Source of the DNA: Actinomycetota bacterium
GTDB taxonomy: Bacteria > Actinomycetota > Actinomycetes > S36-B12
Assembly: GCA_947449035.1 (NCBI GenBank)
Contig: CANFQC010000004.1
Location: 20,067-84,066 of the forward strand
Length of the DNA stretch: 64,000 nt
Reading direction: 5' to 3'
Shown here piece by piece: positions 1 to 8,439 of the stretch. Under the pieces are notes generated by a model that was not told the origin of the DNA, ran no database searches, and saw only the letters and a list, made by a program, of their open reading frames with translations. Position 1 is the first letter of the stretch. Each line of letters starts with the position of its first letter. The position numbers were made by a program, and so were the translations under genes.

Positions 1-834
1 GAAGCTGTTCTGCAGCCGTAGCCAGGCATACGCCGCACGGCGTATCTGGGTCGTCTTCTCGTTCATGATGCGTGCTTGCGCAATCCGGAACCACGGCTGT
101 GGCGCAATGTCGCGCTCGACGTGTCGCTGCCAGGAAATGAATTGCTGACGCTGCGCCTTCACCAGGCGCGTCGACCACGAAGAAGAGCTGATGCGAAAGG
201 CGCCAACCGACTCGAGCCGCACGACCACATCGCTGCTCTTGAGAATCTTCGCGTAGAAAAACATGTCGAGCAGGAATGGCTGTTCGTCGACCCAGGGCAG
301 CGCTTCTTGCATGCTCGCCTTGCGGAAAAGTACGGCAACGGGCTCGCCGAAGATGTTGGTGCCCTTCCAGGCTCCGACCTCGAGTGCGTGCACGCCGTTG
401 ACTAGGCCGGGCTTGAGGCCCGCGCATCCGCGGGCCTTGCTGAGCACCTTGCCGTGGGCATCGATGATGTCGCGCTGGGCAATCGCCAAACCGGCGGAGG
501 GATGAGCTTCGAGGTCTACGAGTTGAAGCTCAATCGCATTCGGATGCAAGAGATCGTCCTGGCACAGCAACTTCACGTAATCGCCGGTCGCGAGCTCACT
601 GGCTCGAGTCCAGGTGCCAGCGGCGGGAGTGCCCTTCGGGAGGTAATCCTTGATCACGCGCGGGTGCTCGAAAGCCTCCACCCATTCCCGCGAGCCATCG
701 GAGGAGCCGCCGTCGACAAGAACCAATTCGATGTTCGAGTAGGTCTGGGCGTGAACGGCGTCCACTGCCTCAATCAGGTAGGGCAGCCCGTTGAAGATCG
801 GGATGACCACAGAGACGAGCGGAGACTTAGACAT
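1..834 (-). CDS. Family 2 (GT-A) glycosyltransferase; the 3' end runs off the left window edge
   Basis: Absent from the ORF track because there is no stop in the window. The reverse complement from ATG 834-832 reads MSKSPLVSVVIPIFNGLPYLIEAVDAVHAQTYSNIELVLVDGGSSDGSREWVEAFEHP, a classic GT2 N-terminus (VVIP.FN, DGGS.D). I checked the frame by hand and it stays open to nt 1. It starts 4 nt after the stop of the upstream gene at 839. Confidence 0.85.
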   Translation of the reverse strand, partial: MSKSPLVSVVIPIFNGLPYLIEAVDAVHAQTYSNIELVLVDGGSSDGSREWVEAFEHPRVIKDYLPKGTPAAGTWTRASELATGDYVKLLCQDDLLHPNAIELQLVDLEAHPSAGLAIAQRDIIDAHGKVLSKARGCAGLKPGLVNGVHALEVGAWKGTNIFGEPVAVLFRKASMQEALPWVDEQPFLLDMFFYAKILKSSDVVVRLESVGAFRISSSSWSTRLVKAQRQQFISWQRHVERDIAPQPWFRIAQARIMNEKTTQIRRAAYAWLRLQNSF

Positions 835-838
835 CGGA

Positions 839-2605
839 TTACTGCTGCCCCTGTCGCAATGAGTAGGTCTTCCACTCATTATCCATGCCAGTGGCAACCG
901 GTTCGCCTAGGAGAACACCGAGCTCGGTGGTGGTGCGGGAAGCTAGCTGATCGCTCATGCCTCGGGTGTCGACATGGATGCCACAGAAACCACGGTCTCT
1001 CAGCAACGTGAAGTCATCAGGGCCGGGCACCGGCCCCAAACTCTGCGCGAACTCTCCTTGAGCGGTGTTCTTGACCGCTCCATAACTCCAGTCCTTCTCG
1101 CGATTGACGAGCGGCTGCCAGAAGTGCTGGTAGTCGTCGAGCCGTTCAATGCGCCCCTGCTCCGGGTACACGACGTAGGGCAGTTGCAGGATGCCGCACT
1201 GACCTGGGATCGCGGCATTCACATCCGCGGCATACTTCTCGGCAATCTTCAATTGCCTTTCGCCCTCTGCAGCACCTGAGGCATATGCGGGCTTGAAGGG
1301 CAGCACTGAATCGATAATGACGAGGATGAGAATCAGTGCGCCGATGATCGTGGCGCTAACGCGGCCGCGTGCCCAGCGAGCATCCTTGATCGTGGCGGCA
1401 GCGCCGAGGATGAAGAGGAGCAGCAGGATCGGCAGTAGTCGATTCCAGGCGCGCACCTGCGCGGTCACCCAGGTCGCGAAGAAGAAGTTCAATCCCCAAG
1501 GAATGAAGAAGACGATGACTACCGAGGTGAGGTAAGCGAGGAAGGGTAGGTCGCGATTGCGATGACGCCTCGCTTGGCGAGCATTGACGAAGAGCCCGAT
1601 CATGAAAACGATGGCGCAGGCTGAAGTCGTCCACACGCCGAAATTGGTGAGCGAGGCATTCTCGAGCTGAGGCTCAGCACGGGTCACTGGAGCGAATGCG
1701 GTGTCGACGGCTGAGTTGTATCGCCACATGCCCGGCAGATCGCTGATCGGCACCGGAGTGAGCGCCATGGCGAGATTGCCGGCGAAGGTCACCGATTCGA
1801 ATGTCGATCGCTCGGCAATCGTCGAAGTCGGCGGGCTTGCGTGACTCGTGATGAGGCCAGGGAGAAAGCCGATGACGGCGAGAAGCATGATGCTCGCGGG
1901 GACGGCGAACGCGGGAAGCAGACGTTTCCATGAGTCACGTTTGCCAATGCGCCACAGCGCTGCGGCAACAGTCAGCAGAACGGCAAACGCTGCGTAGTAC
2001 AGACCCGACCAGGCGCTGACGATGACGAGTGCGACAACGATCAAGACGCGGCCGTACTTCGCCGTGAAGCCTCCGGGCCTTATGAGCCTCATGACTGCAC
2101 CCCGGCCGATCAGGAGAGCCAGAATCACGCCGGTAACGCCGCCGTAGATCGTCGCCAGGTAGAGATGCCCCAGGCCGCGCCCCCAGTGATACGGGATCAT
2201 CGTGAAAGCAACAGCCAGTGCAACCGCCAGTGGTCCTCGGAGGCCCAGGTATCGAATGGCGAGGTAGGCGAGAGTCGCCACAATGGGGAAGGAGAGGAAC
2301 AGCAGGAGATTCAAGCCGAGGAAGGGTGAACCGGTGACCAGCTGCACGGCATGGGCGAAAGAGTTCTCGGTGAGATCGATGTTCGGCGAGTAGTTGAGGT
2401 TCATCCCATCGGGGAAGCCGTAGTGGGTCGTAGGCGAGTAAGCGAACCATGCCCAGTTATCGGAATTTACGTAACTCGCCAGCAGATCACCGCCGGCCAG
2501 CGGCTTGTTCAGCGCAGACCAGATCGGTCCGAACACGAGCAGTGCCAAAGCTGTGGCGAAGCCGAAGGTAGTGACGGCTTCCCAGAAGGTGCGCCTATTC
2601 AGCAT
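839..2605 (-). CDS. Large polytopic membrane protein with a C-terminal extracytoplasmic domain (GT-C-like; putative glycopolymer glycosyltransferase or polymerase)
   Basis: 588-aa ORF with about 12 hydrophobic segments, then a soluble tail of about 140 aa (GILQLPYVVYPE...WSYGAVKNT). Its ATG overlaps the stop of the upstream gene by 11 nt. It sits in an operon with the GT2. Confidence 0.5.
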   Translation of the reverse strand: MLNRRTFWEAVTTFGFATALALLVFGPIWSALNKPLAGGDLLASYVNSDNWAWFAYSPTTHYGFPDGMNLNYSPNIDLTENSFAHAVQLVTGSPFLGLNLLLFLSFPIVATLAYLAIRYLGLRGPLAVALAVAFTMIPYHWGRGLGHLYLATIYGGVTGVILALLIGRGAVMRLIRPGGFTAKYGRVLIVVALVIVSAWSGLYYAAFAVLLTVAAALWRIGKRDSWKRLLPAFAVPASIMLLAVIGFLPGLITSHASPPTSTIAERSTFESVTFAGNLAMALTPVPISDLPGMWRYNSAVDTAFAPVTRAEPQLENASLTNFGVWTTSACAIVFMIGLFVNARQARRHRNRDLPFLAYLTSVVIVFFIPWGLNFFFATWVTAQVRAWNRLLPILLLLFILGAAATIKDARWARGRVSATIIGALILILVIIDSVLPFKPAYASGAAEGERQLKIAEKYAADVNAAIPGQCGILQLPYVVYPEQGRIERLDDYQHFWQPLVNREKDWSYGAVKNTAQGEFAQSLGPVPGPDDFTLLRDRGFCGIHVDTRGMSDQLASRTTTELGVLLGEPVATGMDNEWKTYSLRQGQQ

Positions 2606-3917
2606 GCGACGGCTTCGCGACGAGCCTGCGGCACCAGATGCCTGCAGTCGTGCTCACCAGGAAGAGCAGGCACAGGTCTCCGACGGTGAGTGCCCACTTC
2701 GGCCAGATGAATCCGGAGGGTGTGGGGACCATCGAGGCACTCGTGACCAGTGCAACCGCGATTGCGATTGTCATGGTGATGCTCAGCAGTCGGCTTGCGC
2801 CGGTGCTGCCCGACATCCAGATCAGTACTCCAGTCAAGGTCAGCAGAAGGAATATCAGTCGATAGTCGTGTGATGCGCCCAGGAGATAGGGAAGCACCAA
2901 AACGCCCGTGGAACCCAGCAGCAATGTCGACACGATCGGTCGACCGTCCAGGTCTATCCGAACTGAACGCGGAACCAAGGCGATGGCAAGGACTATGCCG
3001 ACTGCGACAACGACCCAACCGATGATGCGAATGCTGCTCCACCGATCGGCAATATCTGCATCGGGTCCGTAACCGACGGGTGAGCTCGTCAGGAGGGTCG
3101 CGATGAGGGTCACCGAGCCGAACTGTGACTTGGAGGTAGCCGGTAGATCCGATCGAGATGCCACGGCTGCTTGCTGAATGTCGGACCACGAGGCGAGCAG
3201 GATGCCAAGACTCACCAGTAGGCCGGCGAGCGCCCACCAGTTGGCGCGGCGACGGAACGTGTCCCGCGAGATGAATGGCGCGAACAGTCCGAGGGCGAAG
3301 AACTTCGTCCAAGTCGCGAGCACTCCGCTGAGAGCCCCAATGGCGCGTGGAACATTTCCCCGCGAGTTGAGGAGAAGGAGCGCGACGAGCACCAGGGCAA
3401 AGGCGAGAATCTCGATCTGGCCTCGTTCGATGGCAAGCATCATCGGTGGCGTGATGGCCGAGAGCGCGAGCAGAGCCTGAGCTCCGATGAGAGTGGCGAG
3501 TGAGCCCTCCCACTTCCTCGCGAGCACAAGGCCCAAGGTCGCGACGGTGATCACGAAGAGTGCCGCGAGGACGTACCCAAGTGCACCGGTCTGGTCTGTG
3601 CCTAGGCCAAATGCATTCAGGATTCGAGCGGGAAGCACGACATAGGGCTGGTACGGGCGGCCATAGGGATCGCACACGGAGATATCAGTGCCGGCATGGA
3701 TGCACTCGGCTGTTGCAGTGATGTTTGCCAGATCGCCGAACGAGGTGGATGACGAGGTCTTCGGCTCGAGTGCCTCGACTCCCCAGGATGCCCAGCGATT
3801 GCCGGCAAGCGCCCAGGCGATCACGGTCGAAGGGATAAGCAGCGGAATGAGAGCCGTGAGTGGCCTACTCGCCTTCGGAGCCATTACGGATGTCACGGAG
3901 ATGAGCCTATTCGTCAT
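2595..3917 (-). CDS. Polytopic membrane protein (polysaccharide polymerase/ligase-like or GT-C-like); function unassigned
   Basis: 440-aa ORF that is hydrophobic throughout, with an early extracytoplasmic loop containing Cys residues (AECIHAGTDISVCDPYGRPYQPY). It is the first gene of a 3-gene minus-strand operon. Confidence 0.45.
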   Translation of the reverse strand: MTNRLISVTSVMAPKASRPLTALIPLLIPSTVIAWALAGNRWASWGVEALEPKTSSSTSFGDLANITATAECIHAGTDISVCDPYGRPYQPYVVLPARILNAFGLGTDQTGALGYVLAALFVITVATLGLVLARKWEGSLATLIGAQALLALSAITPPMMLAIERGQIEILAFALVLVALLLLNSRGNVPRAIGALSGVLATWTKFFALGLFAPFISRDTFRRRANWWALAGLLVSLGILLASWSDIQQAAVASRSDLPATSKSQFGSVTLIATLLTSSPVGYGPDADIADRWSSIRIIGWVVVAVGIVLAIALVPRSVRIDLDGRPIVSTLLLGSTGVLVLPYLLGASHDYRLIFLLLTLTGVLIWMSGSTGASRLLSITMTIAIAVALVTSASMVPTPSGFIWPKWALTVGDLCLLFLVSTTAGIWCRRLVAKPSHAE

Positions 3918-3956
3918 CGGCTGGAACCTCAGGCCCCGTCATGGAAGACTGCGCGG

Positions 3957-4826
3957 ATGTCCAAGGCATTCGTGCATATAGGTCTGCCGAAGACCGGCAC
4001 CACCTCTTTTCAATCCACTCTGCAGCATGCCTACGCTGCCTTATTGGAGAGTGGCGTTCGGGTACTCACCTACGAGGGGTCGATTGATTCAATGGCGGCG
4101 CCGACCCTTGCCCTGCAACTCGGGCCGATTGTCATTCGACCGGAACTGGACGCCTGGTTTCGCCAGCTCATGCCTGAGACCGTGCTCCCCGAATTTCTCA
4201 GGGAATGTGAGGCGAGTGTGCGCTGCACGGTGGCGGCCGAAGAGCCGATCGTCGTAGCCTCATTCGAAGGTCTCTCTCTCATGCGCACCCGCGAAGAAGT
4301 GGCGCGACTTCGCGAGCTCTTTGCTCCGCGGGAGCTTTTTGTCATTTTCGTGCTCAGGGAGAAGGAGAGCTATCGAAAGTCTTTCCGTCGCCAGTTGAAC
4401 TACGTCGGAATTCGCACCTGGAGCCCCCTGTCATCCTCGTGCTCAAATCTTTCCGAGGATTCCTGGCTATTCGACCAACAGGCGCTGATTGACGTACTCA
4501 TCGAGGAACTCGGCGAGTCGCACGTGCGTGTCATCGATTACGAGTCAGCTGTGGCCGCTGACTCCACGATCGTGCCTGCACTCTGGACCAATTGCGAGCT
4601 TCCGAGCGATGCGCTGACGGCTGAGTTGCTGACGCTTCCGCGGGACAATGAAAGCCCCGACCTCTCGAGGGAGCACATGCCCTCGGATTTGAATTCCTGC
4701 GAGGACCTTGAGCTTCTGCGAGATGTCATTTCTCGACAGGCTGTTGAACTCGGTCGGATTCGCGCTTCGCGCTCGTGGCGCTACACGCGCGCACTTCGAA
4801 GGCTGCGTGGCAATTCCCTGGACTAG
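3957..4826 (+). CDS. Sulfotransferase-like P-loop protein
   Basis: The N-terminus HIGLPKTGTTSFQ matches the 5'-PSB loop (PKxGTT) of PAPS-dependent sulfotransferases. A downstream basic stretch FVLREKESYRKSFRRQ is compatible with a 3'-PB region. Hand-counted GC is about 58% in two sampled lines, lower than neighbouring regions. Confidence 0.5.
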   Translation: MSKAFVHIGLPKTGTTSFQSTLQHAYAALLESGVRVLTYEGSIDSMAAPTLALQLGPIVIRPELDAWFRQLMPETVLPEFLRECEASVRCTVAAEEPIVVASFEGLSLMRTREEVARLRELFAPRELFVIFVLREKESYRKSFRRQLNYVGIRTWSPLSSSCSNLSEDSWLFDQQALIDVLIEELGESHVRVIDYESAVAADSTIVPALWTNCELPSDALTAELLTLPRDNESPDLSREHMPSDLNSCEDLELLRDVISRQAVELGRIRASRSWRYTRALRRLRGNSLD

Positions 4827-5878
4827 CCTCTGAGGCGGCGATGACTGAAGGCTTGCGCACGGTCGAGTATGCGCAGGAGTCTCACATGAATGAGCATGGG
4901 AACGAGAAGCGTGACGGCGGTGATCGCCCGCAGTGTGGACGGGCGCGAGGCCTGACTCTGGATAGCGGCCCAGTAGCTCTCGACGACTTCCTGAGTTGAG
5001 GGCAGGCTCGTCCGACGATGACGCACTCCTGCTCGCAGCCTGTCCAGCAAATCCGGTTCGTCAGTCAGCCTGCCGAGTAACGCGAGCAGTTCCTGAGGCC
5101 CGTCAAAGGGCAGTGAATCGAGTCCGGGTTCCGCGAGGCAGAGGTAAGCCGGTTCTGCTGCATACAGCGGGATCCCGTCGGCATACCAGGCGTTGAGAAG
5201 TTTGGTGGGTGGCTTGTTAAGGGTGTGCGTGAGGGTTCGGTTAGCCCGATCCAGGAGGACCAGGTCCGCCCGACTGAAGTCATGCCAGGACTGATCGGAT
5301 CCGTCCACCCGCGCAGGGACATCGAGCACCAGTTCGACTCCGAGTGCCGTCAATGCTGACAGAAAGGATTCCTGCTTCAGGTATTCAGGCAGATTAGTTG
5401 GGTTGCCCTTGTAGACCAGGACGAGATTTCCGTCGGGTGAGTGTTCCCGGCGCGGACGAAGCCCTCTCTGTGGCAGCGGTGAAAGGTAGGCGACGCGGAT
5501 TCGTCTTTCCTCATCCACAATTCTCGGATTGGCGACAATGTGAAGTGCGTTGGCGATTATTCGCCCGTAACGCATGTGCAGGTCACTTCTGATGATCAAG
5601 CATTCATGCCGCCTCACCGCCCAGCCGAGTGAGCAATGATGCCGAAAATTCCAGATTTCAGGTCCGGGGAAGACCACGATGACGCGCGTTTCAGGGGGGA
5701 TGTTCGGGCCGATGCTCACCGGATGCCCGCGTTCCCTCAGACGAACGAACAACTCGAGGAAATTGTGACCTAAACCGGAGGCGAATCTCGCAGGATCGTT
5801 GTCGGGATCCCAGCCAAAGACGGATGAGAGGTCGAAGTCGGAACCCAGATAGAAGTGGGCATGCTGGTCATCCACCAC
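4823..5878 (-). CDS. Hypothetical protein, possibly a GT-B-like transferase
   Basis: 351-aa ORF, last gene of the 4-gene minus-strand operon, overlapping the upstream gene by 11 nt. I recognise no diagnostic motif. The C-terminal half (LVLVYKGNP...KPPTKLLNAWYADGIPLYAAEPAY) resembles a Rossmann-type sugar-transferase half-domain. Confidence 0.35.
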   Translation of the reverse strand: MVDDQHAHFYLGSDFDLSSVFGWDPDNDPARFASGLGHNFLELFVRLRERGHPVSIGPNIPPETRVIVVFPGPEIWNFRHHCSLGWAVRRHECLIIRSDLHMRYGRIIANALHIVANPRIVDEERRIRVAYLSPLPQRGLRPRREHSPDGNLVLVYKGNPTNLPEYLKQESFLSALTALGVELVLDVPARVDGSDQSWHDFSRADLVLLDRANRTLTHTLNKPPTKLLNAWYADGIPLYAAEPAYLCLAEPGLDSLPFDGPQELLALLGRLTDEPDLLDRLRAGVRHRRTSLPSTQEVVESYWAAIQSQASRPSTLRAITAVTLLVPMLIHVRLLRILDRAQAFSHRRLRG

Positions 5879-6629
5879 CGTGTTTCCCGTCGGTGAGTGA
5901 AATGATTCCGGAGACTCGACGTGTTGCTCGACGTAACGAATTTACAAGTCGCAGACTGGCGTCACCGCAAACCTCGATGGCCAAACGTCGCACACGTGAA
6001 CCCGGGAAAGCGTTCCCTCCAGTCAAGGCGAGATGCTGCGAGATCACTCGGTCGGCAGATTCGAGATCGCCGGGCGTTGCGGAGGTCACGAGCCCGATGA
6101 AGCACAAGTCAGAGGACGCCTTGTCGATATTGACTCCAGCGAAGTCGAGCGGTGCTTCCGCGACGGCTTTAAGAACCACTGAGCGGTTGAGGTTGCGGTA
6201 CCAATCGCCTTCGATCGCAGTGATTCCGGGAAACGCCCAGCCACCATCGGATCTACGCGTTCCATGCTCGAGCCGGCCAGTGCTCGCTGCAGTGAAGATG
6301 ACCAGACCAGATGGCCTGGTCATTCGAATCATGTTCTGCAGCGTCAGGGGCCAGGCTTCATTGTGCTCGAAGCATTCGCTGGACATCGTGACGTCGAAAT
6401 AGTGATCGGGAAAGTCCAGGTCCTGACCGCGACTGACCAGAGTGACGTTTGGGCCAGGCACAAGATCGACTCCCACGTACTCAGCCGCGGTGAAGAGGTG
6501 ATGAGGGCCGCCATTGATGTCATATGAACCAACATCAAGCACCCTGCCCGAGAAGTGCCCCGGGAACGCGGAGATTGCCGCTGCGAAGGATGACAGCTGA
6601 GAGTCATGCGCCATGGTGATCAGCCCCAC
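5868..6629 (-). CDS. Class I SAM-dependent methyltransferase
   Basis: Motif I (RVLDVGSYDINGG), an acidic post-I residue (YVGVDL), and a later FDVTMSSECFEH...RPSGLVIF pattern typical of Methyltransf_11/23. Confidence 0.7.
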   Translation of the reverse strand: MGLITMAHDSQLSSFAAAISAFPGHFSGRVLDVGSYDINGGPHHLFTAAEYVGVDLVPGPNVTLVSRGQDLDFPDHYFDVTMSSECFEHNEAWPLTLQNMIRMTRPSGLVIFTAASTGRLEHGTRRSDGGWAFPGITAIEGDWYRNLNRSVVLKAVAEAPLDFAGVNIDKASSDLCFIGLVTSATPGDLESADRVISQHLALTGGNAFPGSRVRRLAIEVCGDASLRLVNSLRRATRRVSGIISLTDGKHGGG

Positions 6630-8359
6630 GAGAGTCTGGTGATGCAGGCATGACCCATCGGGAGAGCAGGGTTCGGCCAGCTGAAGTCGTAGCAGTCCGG
6701 GTCACTGGGCTGAAGCTCTCGAGGAAGTGCCTGCCAGAAAATCTGGATCTGCTCCCGTGACGGACCGTACATCGCGATGACGCTCGGTTTGAGGGTGTTC
6801 AGGCGGGTGATGTCGTCGGGATCGAGGGTCTGCACGATGCCAAGTCGGTTCTCGCCCCACAACTGCATTCCGGCAACCATGTAGAGCTCGCGATCCCCGC
6901 CAATCCAATCGCCGTCAACCCAGTCGAGTATCTGATCGGTTGGCTTCGTGTGAGCGAGCAGCCACTCCTCAGTGTTAACCGCCGCATGCATCTTTTCGCT
7001 CGTACCGTTGGGCTGGAAGGCATACGAGTACGGCGACTGGAAGTAGAGACCGAGCGCGCCAGGCCGGGAATTCTGTAGGAGCTGGCCTGAACTGATGACC
7101 AATGCCGCGGCGATGAGCACGGTGGCCAGCTGGGCACTCGAGCGCTTGTTCACCAGCAGGATGATCGCAATTGCTGACGTGACAGCAGCGATGAGCCAAC
7201 CGCGGTGAATGCCCCAGCCCGGATTGGTGAAACCGGCGGCGATGATCAGAATGATGCCGATTGCCGCGGCTGCAAAGGTGCGCATGCTCCAGCGATCGGG
7301 CTCGGAAGGCTCTTCGTGCCGACTGGTAACAGCGGATACGGCGAGGGCAAGCGCGATCATTGCCGGCGGGAACAGCATCGCCTGATACATCGGTGCCTCG
7401 AGTGGGATCCCGCCCATCAGCGGGTTGAACATGAGCATGAATGCGATGCTGGTGGCGCTGATCATGAAAGCCAGCCGGGCCGGCCAGCTCGTGCGGTTGG
7501 CGAACCAGACACCGATGCAGATCACCAGGATCATCGCGGGCACGAGCATTGAGATGTCATCAGGCCAGATCGGAGATTTCGAGGCGAAGTCCGAGAGTCG
7601 GGTGCGCGCATCGGAATTTATGTACGACTCGATCCAGTTCATCCTCGGGAAGATTGCTTTGCCGATGAGCAGGAAGACCCCGAAGGTGACGATCGCGCTC
7701 GCCGCTGTCCAGAGGTAGTGCACGACATGCGTACGGCGGAACAGGCGAATCACGAACCAGATGACCGCAGCCAAGATCATGCCGGCCGGATTGCACATCG
7801 CGAGCCAACCGATGATCACGCCAGCCACGATGGGCGGGCGCTTCGGCATGCGGCCGTTGCCGCGCTTGCTGGTGCCATCCATTACTGCCGTGGCGATGAG
7901 AGCAACCGTGCCCGACATTACGATGCCGGTCAGGTAGGTGTTGCCGAAGTAGCTGAGGATCACCGTGTTGAGCGAAATGAACGCGGTGAGCGTGGCTGCA
8001 GTGCGCCAGTGGGTGTAGCGCTTGAGGATCAAGTAGCTCGCGGTGACGAGAATCAGGATCAAAAGGAAGCGATAGCCCGCGAAGCCGAGCCAGGTGCCGA
8101 ACACCATGGTGAAAAGTCGCATCGGTGCGATCACGCCGAGGCGGGTCCAGTAGTAACTCTGAAAGATCGCTCGATCGGTGACGTCACTGCCGAAGAGCGA
8201 GAGGCTCGTGTAGAACTGGCCGTCGAGAAGGGTACCCGTCCATCGCTGCGAGATCAGGGTCGTGAACAGGCTGATGGCGAGAACGAGGATGACATCGCGC
8301 CAGTTGATGCGCGAGAGCATGCCGCGGCGCTCAGGTGCCTCCACGACTGCCTCACTCAC
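6620..8359 (-). CDS. Large polytopic membrane protein with a C-terminal extracytoplasmic domain (second GT-C-like protein)
   Basis: The ORF runs to 8485, but that start would overlap the upstream gene. GTG at 8359 has AAGGA 7 nt upstream, and ATG 8320 is an alternative. There are more than 12 hydrophobic segments followed by a soluble tail of about 150 aa. Confidence 0.45.
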   Translation of the reverse strand: MSEAVVEAPERRGMLSRINWRDVILVLAISLFTTLISQRWTGTLLDGQFYTSLSLFGSDVTDRAIFQSYYWTRLGVIAPMRLFTMVFGTWLGFAGYRFLLILILVTASYLILKRYTHWRTAATLTAFISLNTVILSYFGNTYLTGIVMSGTVALIATAVMDGTSKRGNGRMPKRPPIVAGVIIGWLAMCNPAGMILAAVIWFVIRLFRRTHVVHYLWTAASAIVTFGVFLLIGKAIFPRMNWIESYINSDARTRLSDFASKSPIWPDDISMLVPAMILVICIGVWFANRTSWPARLAFMISATSIAFMLMFNPLMGGIPLEAPMYQAMLFPPAMIALALAVSAVTSRHEEPSEPDRWSMRTFAAAAIGIILIIAAGFTNPGWGIHRGWLIAAVTSAIAIILLVNKRSSAQLATVLIAAALVISSGQLLQNSRPGALGLYFQSPYSYAFQPNGTSEKMHAAVNTEEWLLAHTKPTDQILDWVDGDWIGGDRELYMVAGMQLWGENRLGIVQTLDPDDITRLNTLKPSVIAMYGPSREQIQIFWQALPRELQPSDPDCYDFSWPNPALPMGHACITRLSWG

Positions 8360-8439
8360 CCGCACATCCTTGCGTATCACCGGGGCAGAGCCCCCGCTCT
8401 GCCCCGGCAACGCACCTGCCTGGTTCACAGGCGTATCTG

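Noticed and set aside
454-1011. 185-aa plus-strand ORF at the left edge
   Set aside because: The opposite strand encodes an unmistakable GT2 N-terminus (VVIPIFNG...DGGSSDGS) and the end of the upstream membrane protein.
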